Shown here: positions 35,694 through 46,025 of the stretch, in pieces
How positions within the stretch are numbered: position 1 is the stretch's first letter
Layout of the letters: every line of letters starts with the position of its first letter
From: an uncultured archaeon
GTDB lineage: Archaea; Thermoplasmatota; Penumbrarchaeia; JASLWR01
Reading direction: 5' to 3'
Assembly (NCBI GenBank): GCA_964342815.1
Contig: CAYFHS010000002.1
Coordinates: forward strand, 120,790 to 184,789
DNA length: 64,000 nt
Notes under the pieces: generated by a model
The model's input: the letters and a program-made list of their open reading frames with translations, nothing else
The model's database searches: none
Told to the model about the DNA's origin: nothing
Position numbers and translations under genes: made by a program

Positions 35694-36860
35694 TTAAAGT
35701 CCTAATTGCCTAGCTATCACATCTTGAAGTATCTCCGAGGTTCCGCCCCCAAACAGCAGGAATCTGGTATCCCGGTAGTATCTCGAAACGGCATACTCAT
35801 TGGAGAAACTGTAGCTTCCGTATATCCGCGTTGCCTGATCAGCTGCGCGGCATGCCACTTCCGAGACGAAATATTTTGCCATGGAAGCTTCCTTGAGGGC
35901 GTTCTCCCCCCTGTCGATCATACCCGTTACATGTTGTATTAAATGCTTGGATGCCTCGATCTCGGTGGCCATGGTAGCGAGTTTCATCCTTATGGCCTGG
36001 AACTTTCCGATAGGTCTTCCGAACTGTTCCCGCTCGGTTGCGTAACGGAAACCGTCATCATAGGCCGCACGTGCGAGGCCGAGACTTAGTGATGCCGTCA
36101 TTACGCGTATCTGGGCCAGTATCCTCATAAGGTTACCGATCCCCCTGCCTTCGTCACCGAGCCTATTTACCAGTGGTATGCGTACGTTATCGAAAGCAAG
36201 CTCGGAAATGATGGATGCCCGGGTTCCGATCTTGTCGAACTTTGGCGATACTGAAAGACCCTCCGTATTCCGGTCGATGAGAAAAAAATTAACACCCTTC
36301 AGTCCTTTTTTCCTGTCCGTTTGACATAGAACGGTGAACATGTCCGCCACCGGGCCGTTGGTGATCCAGGTCTTCGTACCGTTTATGACATATTCGTCAC
36401 CGTCCCGTACCGCGCTGGTTCGTACAGAATTCAGATCGGTTCCGGCATCAGGTTCGGTAAGAGCGAATGCCGCCACCTTCTCACCCCGAATTGCGGGTTT
36501 CAGGTATTTTTCGTGATGTTCGGGCGTACCGAACTTGAAGATGAAATTGGTACCCATTAGAGCCTGCATTGCGGTTATTGCACCGAGACTCATGGAACCC
36601 CGTGCGATCTCTTCGCACATTATGTTGTACAGAGTGGTATTGCCGCCGCCCCCGCCGATCTCCACTGGGTACCTGATGCCGAAAGCGCCGATGTCCGCAA
36701 GCTTTTTGAACATTGGAAATGGGAATTCCTCATTATCATCGATTTCCTTTGCCACAGGGATAATTTCCCGGTCGACGAATCTGGCAATCACGCTTCTCGT
36801 GAGAGCTTCCGTATTTTCGTCGATTTCTTTTGTTGATTTTTCAGCAAATGATATGTCCAT
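35694..36860 (-). CDS. Acyl-CoA dehydrogenase
   Basis: AFALTEPDAGTD, INGTKTWITNG, R.QFGRPIGKFQ, ASMAK, YYRD......GGTSEI. Confidence 0.93.
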   Translation of the reverse strand: MDISFAEKSTKEIDENTEALTRSVIARFVDREIIPVAKEIDDNEEFPFPMFKKLADIGAFGIRYPVEIGGGGGNTTLYNIMCEEIARGSMSLGAITAMQALMGTNFIFKFGTPEHHEKYLKPAIRGEKVAAFALTEPDAGTDLNSVRTSAVRDGDEYVINGTKTWITNGPVADMFTVLCQTDRKKGLKGVNFFLIDRNTEGLSVSPKFDKIGTRASIISELAFDNVRIPLVNRLGDEGRGIGNLMRILAQIRVMTASLSLGLARAAYDDGFRYATEREQFGRPIGKFQAIRMKLATMATEIEASKHLIQHVTGMIDRGENALKEASMAKYFVSEVACRAADQATRIYGSYSFSNEYAVSRYYRDTRFLLFGGGTSEILQDVIARQLGL

Positions 36861-37142
36861 ACAGGGCACCTGTGGTAACAGTAGTAGGAAATTTTTTTAT
36901 TCTTTGTCGTCTTTGGAAAGTTTGAAAAGTATTCTGGTCGTATTTATTTCTTTCTTAACAAAAACATGAATCACCCATATTTTGGGTAAGAGATTAATTC
37001 CCCCGGGTCCGAATCGCAATGGAACTGATGGAATAATCAAGTGAATGTATGGATATACCCCGTGACTTGCCTTCTCACACGGCTGAATATCTACTTAATC
37101 GGGATGCGGTGGGAACGTTTCGGGAGCTACGACAACTTTCTT

Positions 37143-37871
37143 TTATGGATCGAGATCTTCGGGTGGCGGTATAATATCATTTGGGATTGGCTGATGTGGC
37201 GGAAGTGCTTTCACTTCTTTAGTTTGACCGGTTATTGGGAAGTTTTGGTGTTTTTTAAATTTCTTATGTTGTGCGCTAGGCTGTCGATCCTGAGAAAAAG
37301 ATGTGGTCAATCTCCCGTGGAATGGACGGCGGTCTGGAATGTCCAGCTCATCATCTGCGTCCTCAGTATCCGTCTCTTTTTTCTTAGATACAGTAGCCTT
37401 TTGAACACCACCTTCTTTTGGAATTGTTTTCCTTTTCGCTTCGCCACAGGAGTCTTGATCGTCTTGCAGAAACCGAAAATTGATAAACACATATATCCCG
37501 CCGATCATTATAACGAATAGGGAGAAAAGGGCTGTCCAAAATCTCGGGTCCCTTACAAGCTGAATCTCTTCATTTTCATCGGTATCCGAAGATACGGAAG
37601 AATTATTGAGCAAAATTTGTGAAAAAATGCTTTTTTTTATACTGATATGGAAATCACCCCCGATATCATCCCCTCGTAAAGTGTTGGGATTTTCGGATTC
37701 CAAATCCGCCGTCCTTGTTTTCACAGCTGCATCAATAGACCCATTGATATAGACATTCGTTATTCGAGAATCAGCGTCTTCTTCACAAACCTCTGCAAGA
37801 TGAGAGACTTTAATAAGAGAAACGATCAGTAGCAGCATGATTATCCATATCACGGTATGAAATTTCATCAT
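37143..37871 (-). CDS. Hypothetical membrane protein (signal peptide, one TM, disordered tail)
   Basis: Hydrophobic N-terminus, TM FWTALFSLFVIMIGGIYVFI, Pro/charged tail. Confidence 0.65.
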   Translation of the reverse strand: MMKFHTVIWIIMLLLIVSLIKVSHLAEVCEEDADSRITNVYINGSIDAAVKTRTADLESENPNTLRGDDIGGDFHISIKKSIFSQILLNNSSVSSDTDENEEIQLVRDPRFWTALFSLFVIMIGGIYVFINFRFLQDDQDSCGEAKRKTIPKEGGVQKATVSKKKETDTEDADDELDIPDRRPFHGRLTTSFSQDRQPSAQHKKFKKHQNFPITGQTKEVKALPPHQPIPNDIIPPPEDLDP

Positions 37872-37930
37872 GGAAGCATATCTCCATTTTAGGCTTTGAT
37901 TAGTGAGACCTGTTCACCATTGATAATATC

Positions 37931-40900
37931 TTACTGGATATTTTTTAGATCATTGGACAGCATCTTGTATTCCTCAACGGTAATTTCTTTATTTATCACT
38001 TTTTTCAGTAATTGTTTCATCATATCGTCCGTATCGTCCCAATCGACCTTCACTCCAACCTCTCGTTTTGCCGTCTTTTTGCTATCCTCGATACTCTTTA
38101 TTATTGCTTCCTGGCTTACCCTCGTAACAATATCCTGGTAATCGACTCCGCATTCTGAACATCGCCCGATTTGTATTCCGCACGTGAGATGAGAAATGTC
38201 TCCACAGGGGCATCGGATCGCCTGAAGACCTGCGCTAATGTCGCCATAGCATATTGAACAGGGCATGGAATCTTCCATTTTAAATAACATAGAACGTTTT
38301 ATGGACAAATAAGACGGCTTCTTTCTCAAACTGGGACTAAACATTGTGGGCCGATCTATTTCCTCCTCTGAAAATATCTGTGGAGTGTCTTCTTCGGGGG
38401 GCCGGAAGTCCGGTGGCGGAGGCAGAGGTTTTGTTAGCACAGGTTTAATGTCCATCCTCAATGGTGTTGAAGTTATGATGGGCTGGGTTTGAATGGCGCC
38501 CGGGATCACCGTATTCATCTCAGGAGAGGGCCCCCTTAGCCCTTTATGCTCGGTTAGATGCTCGGGAGGGATGAAAGGAACTGCCTCAACGCCCGGTATG
38601 GAATTAGACGTCACTGGCCCAGGCGGACCGATCGAAGGCAGTTTTCGTGGCCCCTCCCGCTTATTCTCCTCTTTTTTTCTGTTACCTTCATCCCAGGCTA
38701 CATCGATAGTAATGCCAGCTGTCTCCGGTAGAGCCTTTATGTGTTCATCCACCCTCCCAGTTCCCAATTTTGAAGTTTCATCCATAGCGGCTCTCATAAG
38801 CGGTTGCGGATAAGGCCCCCCTCCCGGTATGGTATTGCGTTCCTTTCCAGTACCGGCAGGTGGATGTGGGATGTCTCTAAATTGCTTGTCCATATCTTCA
38901 AGAGACTCTGCCGAGATATCTATTTCGTGCGGGTATTTCTCACCCTCGGTACCACCCCCCGCTTCGTTTTTCGTCATTTTCTGAGAATCCTTCTTGACAT
39001 CCGACGATAAATCTTGTGCCTTTCTTCTTTTTTTAATGAAAATAAGCAATACCAGTCCAACAACCAGCAGTGCAATTAAATTAAGCGGAATCGATATCCA
39101 TAGTGGAACTGTGGAAACTGGATCTGTTCTCCTACCCCCCCCATCATCGGTCACCCCGGGAATCTCATCATCGGGGTCATCGTCCGGCATATCATCATGG
39201 GGAATGGGCTCTTCTTTTCCAGTGGAATTTATTGATATATCGACAAAATCAATGGCACAATTTCCCGCGAGATCCTCCACAGTTAATTTCACGGTATAAT
39301 TTCCTTCTCTTAGGAATATGAAGGACGGAGTAGGATCGAAAAGACGCACGGTAGTATTATTATAGGAAAATGACCAGGTATAGTTTAAAATTCCGATATT
39401 ATCCCGGCTGTTCGTCCCGTTGAAAACTACGTTTTCACCTTTTTTCATCCTGATATTCTCTCCTGCATCAGGAAATGGAGCATCATTATCAGTTACATCC
39501 CGAACAGTTGAGGAAGAAGTTATTAAGTTCCCCGAAAAATCTGAGAACTGGAAATGGTAACCCATCATCGTCGAGTTCATTTCTATCGTAATTGTTCCTA
39601 TCCATTCGTTCCCTTTTTCATGATACAGAAATAATCTGTGATATTCAATTCCATCAGTTGTATAATTGGCGATAGCGGAGAATATTCCCACATTATCTTC
39701 AAGAAGAACCGAGAACGTAAAGGTATCGCCGGTTGTGGGAACCGTAGAGATATTATCTTTTATCAGGACGGGAAATTCATTGTCGTGGACATCTATTCTC
39801 CGTGGGGGACAAGTGTTGAAGTTTGGGGCATTATCCGAAATATGAAAAATATATTCGAGATATACGGCGCTTGAACTGATTTCGATAGTTGAGTTCCAGC
39901 TAAGTTCATTTTGTTTATACATGGATTGACGATAAAAGGTGCTGTTATCAAAAGTGTAATTGACCGAAGCCGAAGTAACTCCGATATTATCGGCAACCAT
40001 GAGAATAAAAGTAAAACTTTCACTGGTTACCGCCAGTTGAGATGTCTGGTCAGAAAGAAATATCGGAACATCATTGTCGCGGACCAATAAGATTTTTGAT
40101 AGGGTGGTGTTTTTATTATTTGCTTTATCTTCAAAATTGAAGAAATAGGTCAAATTGGTCGCACGGGAATTTATTCTAATTTTAAACGTCCACAGTGTTG
40201 AATTGATATTGTTTAACGGGACATTGAAGAAATCCTGGGAGTCAAATGCATAATTTATCCAAACGGAAGAAATATTAATATTGTCAGTAAATTCCGCGGA
40301 AAAAAGAAAATCTTCCCCAGTTGTGGAAGTCTCCGGGGTGTTATCTTTCAAGAGGATTGGCAGGTCATTATCCGTAACGGTAATGTTCCTAGCATCCGTT
40401 ATATTCCTATTTCCGGCAGCATCTCCGAAATAGAAATAATATGTAAAAAAGGTTGCCCAGGATGGTATATCAAGAGTCTTGTTCCATTGCATTGTTTCCA
40501 TATCGAACAACGACTCGTTATGGAATTGAATTCCGTCGAATGTATAGTTTATCAGCACGAAATCGACACGAATATTATCTGCGAAATCCGCCGTGATCTC
40601 GTAACGGTCCCCGGTTGTTGCAGAATTCATGGAATTATCGAGGATCAGTTCGGGTGCATCGTTATCATTGACCAATATGTTACTTCCATGAACCCTTTTC
40701 CAGTTTCTGCCGGCATCGAGTACAGAAAAATGATATGTGAGATTTGTGGCATTTTCAAGAAGCACCGTGTTATTATACCAAATATCGTTATCGTGATGGA
40801 CCAAAGATATGTTATGGAAGATTCTCCCGTTAATTGTATAATTAACCCATACATTGACCACCGCAATATTATCGATAACAGTGGCACTGAAGTTGAATAT

Positions 40901-43900
40901 ATCTCCTGTGGTGGCATTTTTCCAGGTTCGATCGGTTACGAATGTAGGGCTAATATCATCCACGAACGTGATGAATACCAGAGGATGTTCATCTTTGACG
41001 CCCATACCACCATCCACCGAATAAGCTATGTCCCAGGTCACTCCGTTATGGGTTGCAAGGGGATAACGAGATGAGTAATCTGACCAGAAATTCCCTTCAC
41101 CCAAGTTATTATTCCATTTGTTATTGTTACTTCTGTCAAAAGCCTGTACTCTTTCGCCTATATTGGCTATGAAATTATTGTGGTGAATGACATTATTTAC
41201 TGCGTTCTGTTCAATGTAAACGCCATAATTTTTGTTCTCGGAAAATATATTGTAATGAATAATATTATTTTTACTGCTGGTGTTGAGAAAGATTCCATAG
41301 CCGTTGTTCGAACTGAGTGTGTTGTTATTGATAGAATTGTTATCGGACAGCGATACATGAATGCCGTACCCATTATTTGAAGTTATATTATTGTAACTTA
41401 TGCTGTTGTTGGAGGAGGAGTTAATGTATAGACCCTGAGTCAGATCGTATAGATGATTGTAGCGGACGGTATTATTTAAAGCGGATTGAATACATATTCC
41501 CATACGGTCATTGTTTGAGAATATCTTGTTATGTTCGATTATATTTCCACCTGAGCCATTTACCCAGATGCCTTGTTCATTTGTGTTCAGGGTGTTATGA
41601 CGGATGATGTTATTGTTGGAATAAGTTCTCGCTATAATATAAACATCATCTATGTGCCAATAATCAGTACGCCCGCTGCCGTCAGTCTGATATAAACGCA
41701 TCTGGAATGACGAATGGAGTGCTCCGGCCGGCAGGTGAAAAGTAGGTTTATAAATTTGCCCGGGTACTCCATTCCCAAGGTATTGGACAAGATCTTTCCA
41801 CGAGCTCCCTGAATCCTTGTATTGAACCTTAAGGTCATCACCGTTATCCGGATTCTCGCTGAAAGCATCGGACCCTCTTCGAATCCAGCAATTTATGGTT
41901 GCGAAATCGTAACGGCTCAGATCAAGAACCGGCGAGGTACAATAAAGAGATCCTCCCCTTGTGTACATGGATTTTGATCCGGAGTTTGCCGTATGATCGC
42001 TTACTCCCGCAACACCAACACCACTTTTGGACCATGGGGCAAGGGTGCCGTCTTCAAAGTCATCCATAAAAATAATAATACTCTGGTTTAAAAAGACACC
42101 GCATCTGTTCTTTGTCACATTGTTTTCCACTATTGTGTTGTTGAAGGAAAAGTCGAGGTATATGCCGCTCTTTTTGTTCATTTCAACGATATTACCAGTA
42201 ATGGAGTTATTATTGCTGGCCGGTGAAATGGAGATTCCGTTGGTGTTGTTCGAAAAGTTGTTATTCCGGATTGAATTATATTTACTGATATCGAGATGGA
42301 TTCCGTTGTTGCGGTTGCCGTTACAGGTGTTATTTGCCAGTGAATTATTGTCAGAATGGTATAGATGGATGGCATCCTTGTGATTGCTGTTCAATGTGTT
42401 GTTCGAGATGTTGTTAAGTTCGGACGATTCCATAAATATTCCGTATGTCGAGTTGACGCCGCTGTTGAAGCTTATCGAATTCTTAAGTGACTTGTTGAGA
42501 TATATACCGTACTCGTTATCGGAAACGTTGTTATTTGCCAATAAATTGTGGCCGCCCAGCAGAAGATATATGCCCAAATCGTTGTCAGTTACGTTGTTTG
42601 AGGCGATAGTGTTATTGTTGCTGTTGTTGAGATGGATTCCATTTGTATTACCTGTTATGTTATTGTTCTTCAGTAAATTGTCGCTTGAATCCTTCAGATA
42701 TATACCTATTACGCCATCGGTGATTGTGGAATTCGTAAGATTGACATCATGGCAATCGTACAGGATTATCTGTCCCACGTTCGTGGACCCACGTCCCGAG
42801 ATCACTAGGCCGTTAAGTGAGATTCCCCTTTCGTGGCCGTACCATCTTATTGGAATATTATTCACTACATTGGAACTGTTGACGGTGTTATCATAGGCAC
42901 CTTCCCCAGAAAAATAAAAGCCGTATTGGGCATCAGTTTTTATGATGACGTTTCCGTTAAAATCATTGTGGGCCGGGGAACCGTACAGGAGGATTCCGTT
43001 AGTGTTATTTTTGAGGTTATTGTTATTTATCTTATTGAACCGGCTGCTGTATACACTGATACCGTTGGTACAATCTGAACAATTATTGTCGATAATGCTG
43101 TTATTATTGGATTGGAAAATCTTTATTCCATCCTCACTCAGAAATTCGTAGGTATTATTTCGTATGCTGTTATTCCCCCCATATTCAAGGAATATCCCCG
43201 CAGAATTTTTCGATCCCGTATTGTTGTATAGGTTATTGTCGCTGCTATCGTGGAGAAAAATACCGTAATTGTTGTTGGCGCAAGTGTTGTTGTATAAATT
43301 GCTGTAACTTTCCTTATACAGAAAAATACCACGTGTGTTGTTCGAACAGGTGTTGTTCGTAATTTTGTTTTTTCCCCCCGAGGCGAGGTATATTCCGAAA
43401 TCGATGCTGGAATCACATAGGTTTTCCCGAATGATGTTCTCTTCTGATGTTACGAGTCGGATACCTTCTACATTGTCGGAGCAATTATTGTTTTCAATGC
43501 TGTTATTGCTACTTTTCCATATGTGAATTCCGCGTTCATTGTCCGTAAAAGTATTATTGTCAATAATGCTGTAATTTCCTTTATACAGAAAAATGCCACG
43601 TGTGTTGTTCGAACAGGTGTTGTTGGTGATACTGTTGTTTTCAGACAAATTGAGGTATATGCCAAAAGCGGTGTTGGAACCACACAGATTTTTCCGTATA
43701 GTGTTCTTTTCTGATGATACGAGTCGGATACCTTCTTCATTGTTGGAGCAATTGTTGTATTCAATAGTATTATTGGTACTGTTACATATATGTATGGCAT
43801 AGGTATTATTTGAGCAGGTATTATTTACGAGCTTATTACCATTTGAATTGTTTAGTAAAATACCTTGCTGCTTATTCGAGTTGCATTCATTGTCCGAGAC

Positions 43901-45922
43901 ATTATTCCCATAAGACGACTCTATCCGGATACCGGTATGATTTGAAACACAGTAATTTTGTTTGATTGTATTGTTCCCGCCATTATCTATAACCATACCG
44001 TACTCGTTGTTTGTGAAATTGTTATACATGATGTCATTCTTCTCTCCGTTGTTTATGTTGATACCTTGAACATTGTTGTTACAATCGTTGTACTTGACGG
44101 CGTTGTAATCACCATTGAAGATATAAATACCATATTTACCCCAACCGCAGCTGTTGTTGCGAATTGTGTTATTGTCAGAAAACCCCAAGAGGACTGGAAT
44201 CGTACAATTAGTGATGTTCTGATCATAGATTGTAATTTTCGAGCAGTTGGCCAGTATTACCTGTCCGTTGGAATTTGAAATACTACCGGATATCTCGTTC
44301 TTTCTGTAACAAAGAGGCTTATCGTTTATTTTATTAGATGAATCCATCGTATGGGAGTTCCAGTGTTCCAGCGAAGGACCTGTGATAATAAACCCAGTTC
44401 CATTTAGCTTATTCCCCGAAAACGTATTATTGCCACACGATTCCATTAAAATTCCGTTTTTACACTCAGTATCCACCATTGTCGAGTTTATAATAGTGGC
44501 TTTTGGTTCCGAAGCGGAATATTTTCTCATGATAACGATATCGTAGTAACTGTCCATTTCCACGTCTTGTGTCCAATGATCCATAAATGCATCCAAGGTA
44601 ATTTGAAAAGGTCTGTTAAAAGTTTGTATTGTATCACCAAAAGAGGGTGAATAAGTGCCGGACAATTTCTCTGAAAAGATATTTCCCTTTACGATATAAT
44701 TAAATTCAGCCGTTCCGCTCGCGAAATCATTTGGATTATTCAAAATTTTTTGATTTGCATCTTTCGAATGACCAATCGTAACCTTAAAATCACCCCAAAG
44801 ACAAATTGATAAACCAGTGTAATCACCATCATTATCCAATAATCGTAAGCTTTGCATCGACCCGCCCCCTCGATCCCAATCCAAATTAGTCCACCGCCCT
44901 TTGGAAAAAACTGTGAAATTTTCAGTATTGAATTTTTTTTTACTTATGAAACGGTATCCCGACGGTAGATTATTTGATTTCGCATAAACATGCAATTCAC
45001 CCCCTGATACCTGATATGAATGTGTACCTGCTGCAAATTCCGATACGGTCCATTTATTCTGGTTTAAGCTATTTCCACTGAAATCATCGAAAAAATCAAA
45101 CGTTTTGTTTCCATCGCTTTCCGGGTTTGCGTTGCCATCTCCGTATAACATGTACAGTTCGGATGTTCCTTTCAAAGGGATATTCACCCATATTATCGAG
45201 GTCCCTTTTGAGTTCCATTTTTCGATCCAGTAATTCAGTTTGCTCCCGTTGATGTCGTAAAATCTTACGTCATTTCCGCTGCCATTTGCCCTTGAATAAT
45301 TGAAAGTATCTTTATCGAGTTCGATCTTGATCTGATAATCTGCATCGGGTGTCACCGGGTTCAAAAGGATTTTGTTCCGGTAACCCTCAACAACTGATTT
45401 CATCTTGACCGTATTATTGTTTATTATATTGTTATGCGAATCGATCAGGTAGATGCCATTCTGATTTTTGGAGCAATTGTTCTTACTTATCTTACAGTTG
45501 TTAGATTCGAATAGTTTTATTCCTGCATCTGACTCCGCCGCTCCGCTGTTATTGATATGGAACCCGCTCACATTTACCCAACTCGAATTGATATATATTA
45601 CATTGCCGTGACCAATACCGCGGATATTCGTGCCGGTGCTTGCATTTCCCATCAAAGTGATGGATTTATTGATGATCAGATTTTCATTGTAGGTGCCGTT
45701 GTAAACAAGAATAGTATCACCTGCGGAAGCATTGTCGATGGCCCATTGGATATGCGAGTAATCCTGCGTGCCGTTTTTTCCAACCGTAGATGTAGCACCG
45801 TGACTGGAACCAATTGGGCTGAGGATTTCAAGAAATGAGAAATCGAATCCCACAAACATCTGGCTTGTCAATATTATTACAAGCCAGATTGTAAAAATAT
45901 CTTTTTTCATCAATCTCATCAT
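37931..45922 (-). CDS. Giant (2663 aa) type I membrane protein: NosD beta-helix, DUF2341, lectin-like domains, five Ig-like repeats, PKD, TM, cytoplasmic C4HC3 finger, SHOCT-like tail
   Basis: Single uninterrupted ORF. DYSHIQWAIDNA cap; NDVRFYD..G.KLNYWIEKW...IIWVNIP...LYMLYG (DUF2341-like); dozens of NN.C.xN coils; GNFWSDY; DNDxP repeats; TM; CSIC...CPC...H..C...CSEC. Confidence 0.9.
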   Translation of the reverse strand: MMRLMKKDIFTIWLVIILTSQMFVGFDFSFLEILSPIGSSHGATSTVGKNGTQDYSHIQWAIDNASAGDTILVYNGTYNENLIINKSITLMGNASTGTNIRGIGHGNVIYINSSWVNVSGFHINNSGAAESDAGIKLFESNNCKISKNNCSKNQNGIYLIDSHNNIINNNTVKMKSVVEGYRNKILLNPVTPDADYQIKIELDKDTFNYSRANGSGNDVRFYDINGSKLNYWIEKWNSKGTSIIWVNIPLKGTSELYMLYGDGNANPESDGNKTFDFFDDFSGNSLNQNKWTVSEFAAGTHSYQVSGGELHVYAKSNNLPSGYRFISKKKFNTENFTVFSKGRWTNLDWDRGGGSMQSLRLLDNDGDYTGLSICLWGDFKVTIGHSKDANQKILNNPNDFASGTAEFNYIVKGNIFSEKLSGTYSPSFGDTIQTFNRPFQITLDAFMDHWTQDVEMDSYYDIVIMRKYSASEPKATIINSTMVDTECKNGILMESCGNNTFSGNKLNGTGFIITGPSLEHWNSHTMDSSNKINDKPLCYRKNEISGSISNSNGQVILANCSKITIYDQNITNCTIPVLLGFSDNNTIRNNSCGWGKYGIYIFNGDYNAVKYNDCNNNVQGININNGEKNDIMYNNFTNNEYGMVIDNGGNNTIKQNYCVSNHTGIRIESSYGNNVSDNECNSNKQQGILLNNSNGNKLVNNTCSNNTYAIHICNSTNNTIEYNNCSNNEEGIRLVSSEKNTIRKNLCGSNTAFGIYLNLSENNSITNNTCSNNTRGIFLYKGNYSIIDNNTFTDNERGIHIWKSSNNSIENNNCSDNVEGIRLVTSEENIIRENLCDSSIDFGIYLASGGKNKITNNTCSNNTRGIFLYKESYSNLYNNTCANNNYGIFLHDSSDNNLYNNTGSKNSAGIFLEYGGNNSIRNNTYEFLSEDGIKIFQSNNNSIIDNNCSDCTNGISVYSSRFNKINNNNLKNNTNGILLYGSPAHNDFNGNVIIKTDAQYGFYFSGEGAYDNTVNSSNVVNNIPIRWYGHERGISLNGLVISGRGSTNVGQIILYDCHDVNLTNSTITDGVIGIYLKDSSDNLLKNNNITGNTNGIHLNNSNNNTIASNNVTDNDLGIYLLLGGHNLLANNNVSDNEYGIYLNKSLKNSISFNSGVNSTYGIFMESSELNNISNNTLNSNHKDAIHLYHSDNNSLANNTCNGNRNNGIHLDISKYNSIRNNNFSNNTNGISISPASNNNSITGNIVEMNKKSGIYLDFSFNNTIVENNVTKNRCGVFLNQSIIIFMDDFEDGTLAPWSKSGVGVAGVSDHTANSGSKSMYTRGGSLYCTSPVLDLSRYDFATINCWIRRGSDAFSENPDNGDDLKVQYKDSGSSWKDLVQYLGNGVPGQIYKPTFHLPAGALHSSFQMRLYQTDGSGRTDYWHIDDVYIIARTYSNNNIIRHNTLNTNEQGIWVNGSGGNIIEHNKIFSNNDRMGICIQSALNNTVRYNHLYDLTQGLYINSSSNNSISYNNITSNNGYGIHVSLSDNNSINNNTLSSNNGYGIFLNTSSKNNIIHYNIFSENKNYGVYIEQNAVNNVIHHNNFIANIGERVQAFDRSNNNKWNNNLGEGNFWSDYSSRYPLATHNGVTWDIAYSVDGGMGVKDEHPLVFITFVDDISPTFVTDRTWKNATTGDIFNFSATVIDNIAVVNVWVNYTINGRIFHNISLVHHDNDIWYNNTVLLENATNLTYHFSVLDAGRNWKRVHGSNILVNDNDAPELILDNSMNSATTGDRYEITADFADNIRVDFVLINYTFDGIQFHNESLFDMETMQWNKTLDIPSWATFFTYYFYFGDAAGNRNITDARNITVTDNDLPILLKDNTPETSTTGEDFLFSAEFTDNINISSVWINYAFDSQDFFNVPLNNINSTLWTFKIRINSRATNLTYFFNFEDKANNKNTTLSKILLVRDNDVPIFLSDQTSQLAVTSESFTFILMVADNIGVTSASVNYTFDNSTFYRQSMYKQNELSWNSTIEISSSAVYLEYIFHISDNAPNFNTCPPRRIDVHDNEFPVLIKDNISTVPTTGDTFTFSVLLEDNVGIFSAIANYTTDGIEYHRLFLYHEKGNEWIGTITIEMNSTMMGYHFQFSDFSGNLITSSSTVRDVTDNDAPFPDAGENIRMKKGENVVFNGTNSRDNIGILNYTWSFSYNNTTVRLFDPTPSFIFLREGNYTVKLTVEDLAGNCAIDFVDISINSTGKEEPIPHDDMPDDDPDDEIPGVTDDGGGRRTDPVSTVPLWISIPLNLIALLVVGLVLLIFIKKRRKAQDLSSDVKKDSQKMTKNEAGGGTEGEKYPHEIDISAESLEDMDKQFRDIPHPPAGTGKERNTIPGGGPYPQPLMRAAMDETSKLGTGRVDEHIKALPETAGITIDVAWDEGNRKKEENKREGPRKLPSIGPPGPVTSNSIPGVEAVPFIPPEHLTEHKGLRGPSPEMNTVIPGAIQTQPIITSTPLRMDIKPVLTKPLPPPPDFRPPEEDTPQIFSEEEIDRPTMFSPSLRKKPSYLSIKRSMLFKMEDSMPCSICYGDISAGLQAIRCPCGDISHLTCGIQIGRCSECGVDYQDIVTRVSQEAIIKSIEDSKKTAKREVGVKVDWDDTDDMMKQLLKKVINKEITVEEYKMLSNDLKNIQ

Positions 45923-46025
45923 ATTTGGATGAAAATAATATTATTAATATATTTCCAAATTTTCTATCAAATTCTATTTTGAATATTGTTCCATAAATAT
46001 TAAGAACTTCCTTGATTTTACAGTA

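Noticed and set aside
37020-37140. Cobalamin riboswitch upstream of the acyl-CoA dehydrogenase/mutase operon
   Set aside because: Moderately GC-rich but lacks the B12-box and GGGAA...GCCCCCGC core on the coding strand.
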